This document shows, piece after piece, positions 63,058-64,000 of a DNA stretch of 64,000 nt. Source of the stretch: the human T2T-CHM13v2.0 reference genome, Homo sapiens; assembly GCF_009914755.1 (NCBI RefSeq), contig NC_060931.1; one strand, given 5' to 3'. The notes beneath the pieces are model-generated. The model searched no databases, was not told the DNA's origin, and was given only the letters and a program-made list of their open reading frames with translations. Numbering within the stretch: the stretch's first letter is position 1; each line of letters opens with the position of its first letter. A program made the translations under genes and the position numbers.

Positions 63058-64000
63058 GGAGGTCTTTTCCAAGATGGCCAAATAGGAACAGCCCCAGTCT
63101 GTAGCTCCAATGATCGACACAGAAGACAGGTGATTTCTGCATTTCCAGCTGAGGTACCTGGTTCATCTCATTGGGACTGGTCGGGAAGTGGGTGCAGCAC
63201 ACGAAGGGCAAGCCGAAGCAGGGCAGGGCATCACCTCACCTTGGAAGCATAAAGGGTTGGGGGATTTCCCTTTCCTAGCCAAGAGAAGCCATGACAGGCT
63301 GTACCGGGAAAATCGGGACACTGCCACATAAACACTGCTCTTTTCCAACAGTCTTAGCAAATGGCAACACCAGGAGATTATATCCCACACCTGGCTCAGC
63401 AGGTCCCACACCCACAGAGCCTTGCTCACTGCTATTCCGAGATCTAACTGCGAGGCGGCAAGCCATGCTGGGGGAGGGGCATCTGCCATTGCTGAGTAGG
63501 TAAACAAAACGGCTGGGAAGCTCAAACTGGGTGGAGCCCACCACAGCTCAACAAGGCCCCCCTGCTTCTGTAGACTCCACCTCTGGGGGCAGGGCATAGC
63601 TGAACAAAAGGCCACAGAAACTTCTGCAGACTTTGATGTCCCTGTCCGACAGCTCTGAAGAGAGCAGTGGTTCTCCCAGCATGGTGTTTGAGCTCTGAGA
63701 ACGGACAGACCACCTCCTCAAGTGGGTGCCTGACCCCCATGTAGCCTAACTTGGAGACACCTCCCATTAGGGGCCGACTGACACCTCATACAGCCAGGTG
63801 CCCCTCTGAGACGAAGATTCCAGAGGAAGGACCAGGCAGCAATATTTGCTGTTCTGCAATATTTGCTGTTCTGCAGCCTCCGCTGGTGACACCCAGGCAA
63901 ATAGGGTCTGGAGTGGACCTCAAGCAAACTCCAACAGACCTGCAGCTGAGGGTCCTGTTAGAAGGAAAACTAACAAGCAGAAAGGAATAGTATCAACATC
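63058..64000 (+). mobile_element. L1PA (probably PA5-PA8 age) 5' UTR, continues past the window
   Basis: caagatggccaaataggaacagc (YY1 site), tttctgcatttcc..tgaggtacc, ggagtggacctc..gcaaactccaacagacctgcagctgagggtcctg; preceded by a tt|aaaa endonuclease-type site. Confidence 0.95.

Noticed and set aside
63838-63875. 17-bp tandem repeat gcaatatttgctgttct
   Set aside because: As I recall, this duplication is part of older L1PA 5' UTR consensus sequences, so it is not locus-specific.

Overview
This is primate (most likely human) genomic DNA from inside the ANKIB1 gene, an ankyrin-repeat/IBR RBR-family E3 ubiquitin ligase, on the + strand. Eight consecutive GT-AG coding exons (2619-2801, 11071-11188, 26325-26533, 28278-28366, 34250-34394, 35776-35942, 45486-45574, 54779-54909; 1131 nt, 377 codons) splice into one open frame. 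That frame encodes the end of the ankyrin region, a UBA-like segment, a Ser/Thr/Pro-rich linker, RING1, IBR and the first half of RING2/Rcat including the GCNHM catalytic motif. The start and stop codons lie outside the window. The rest is intron, densely filled with about 30 Alu/FLAM elements, L1, L2, MIR, MLT1, MER-type DNA transposon fossils, a full-length Tigger1 and the 5' UTR of an L1PA at the right edge. Most entries in the ORF track are repeat-derived artefacts. I see no convincing new multi-gene system. The strongest unexplained structures are a non-Alu 100-bp inverted repeat with 99/100 identity (49856-49955 / 50420-50519), a locally templated ~135-bp insertion inside an L1 3' end (7201-7335, from 8564-8727), and a cluster of nested dyad symmetries at 37636-37738. 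Repeat subfamily names come from my recall of consensus sequences, and repeat boundaries are approximate.
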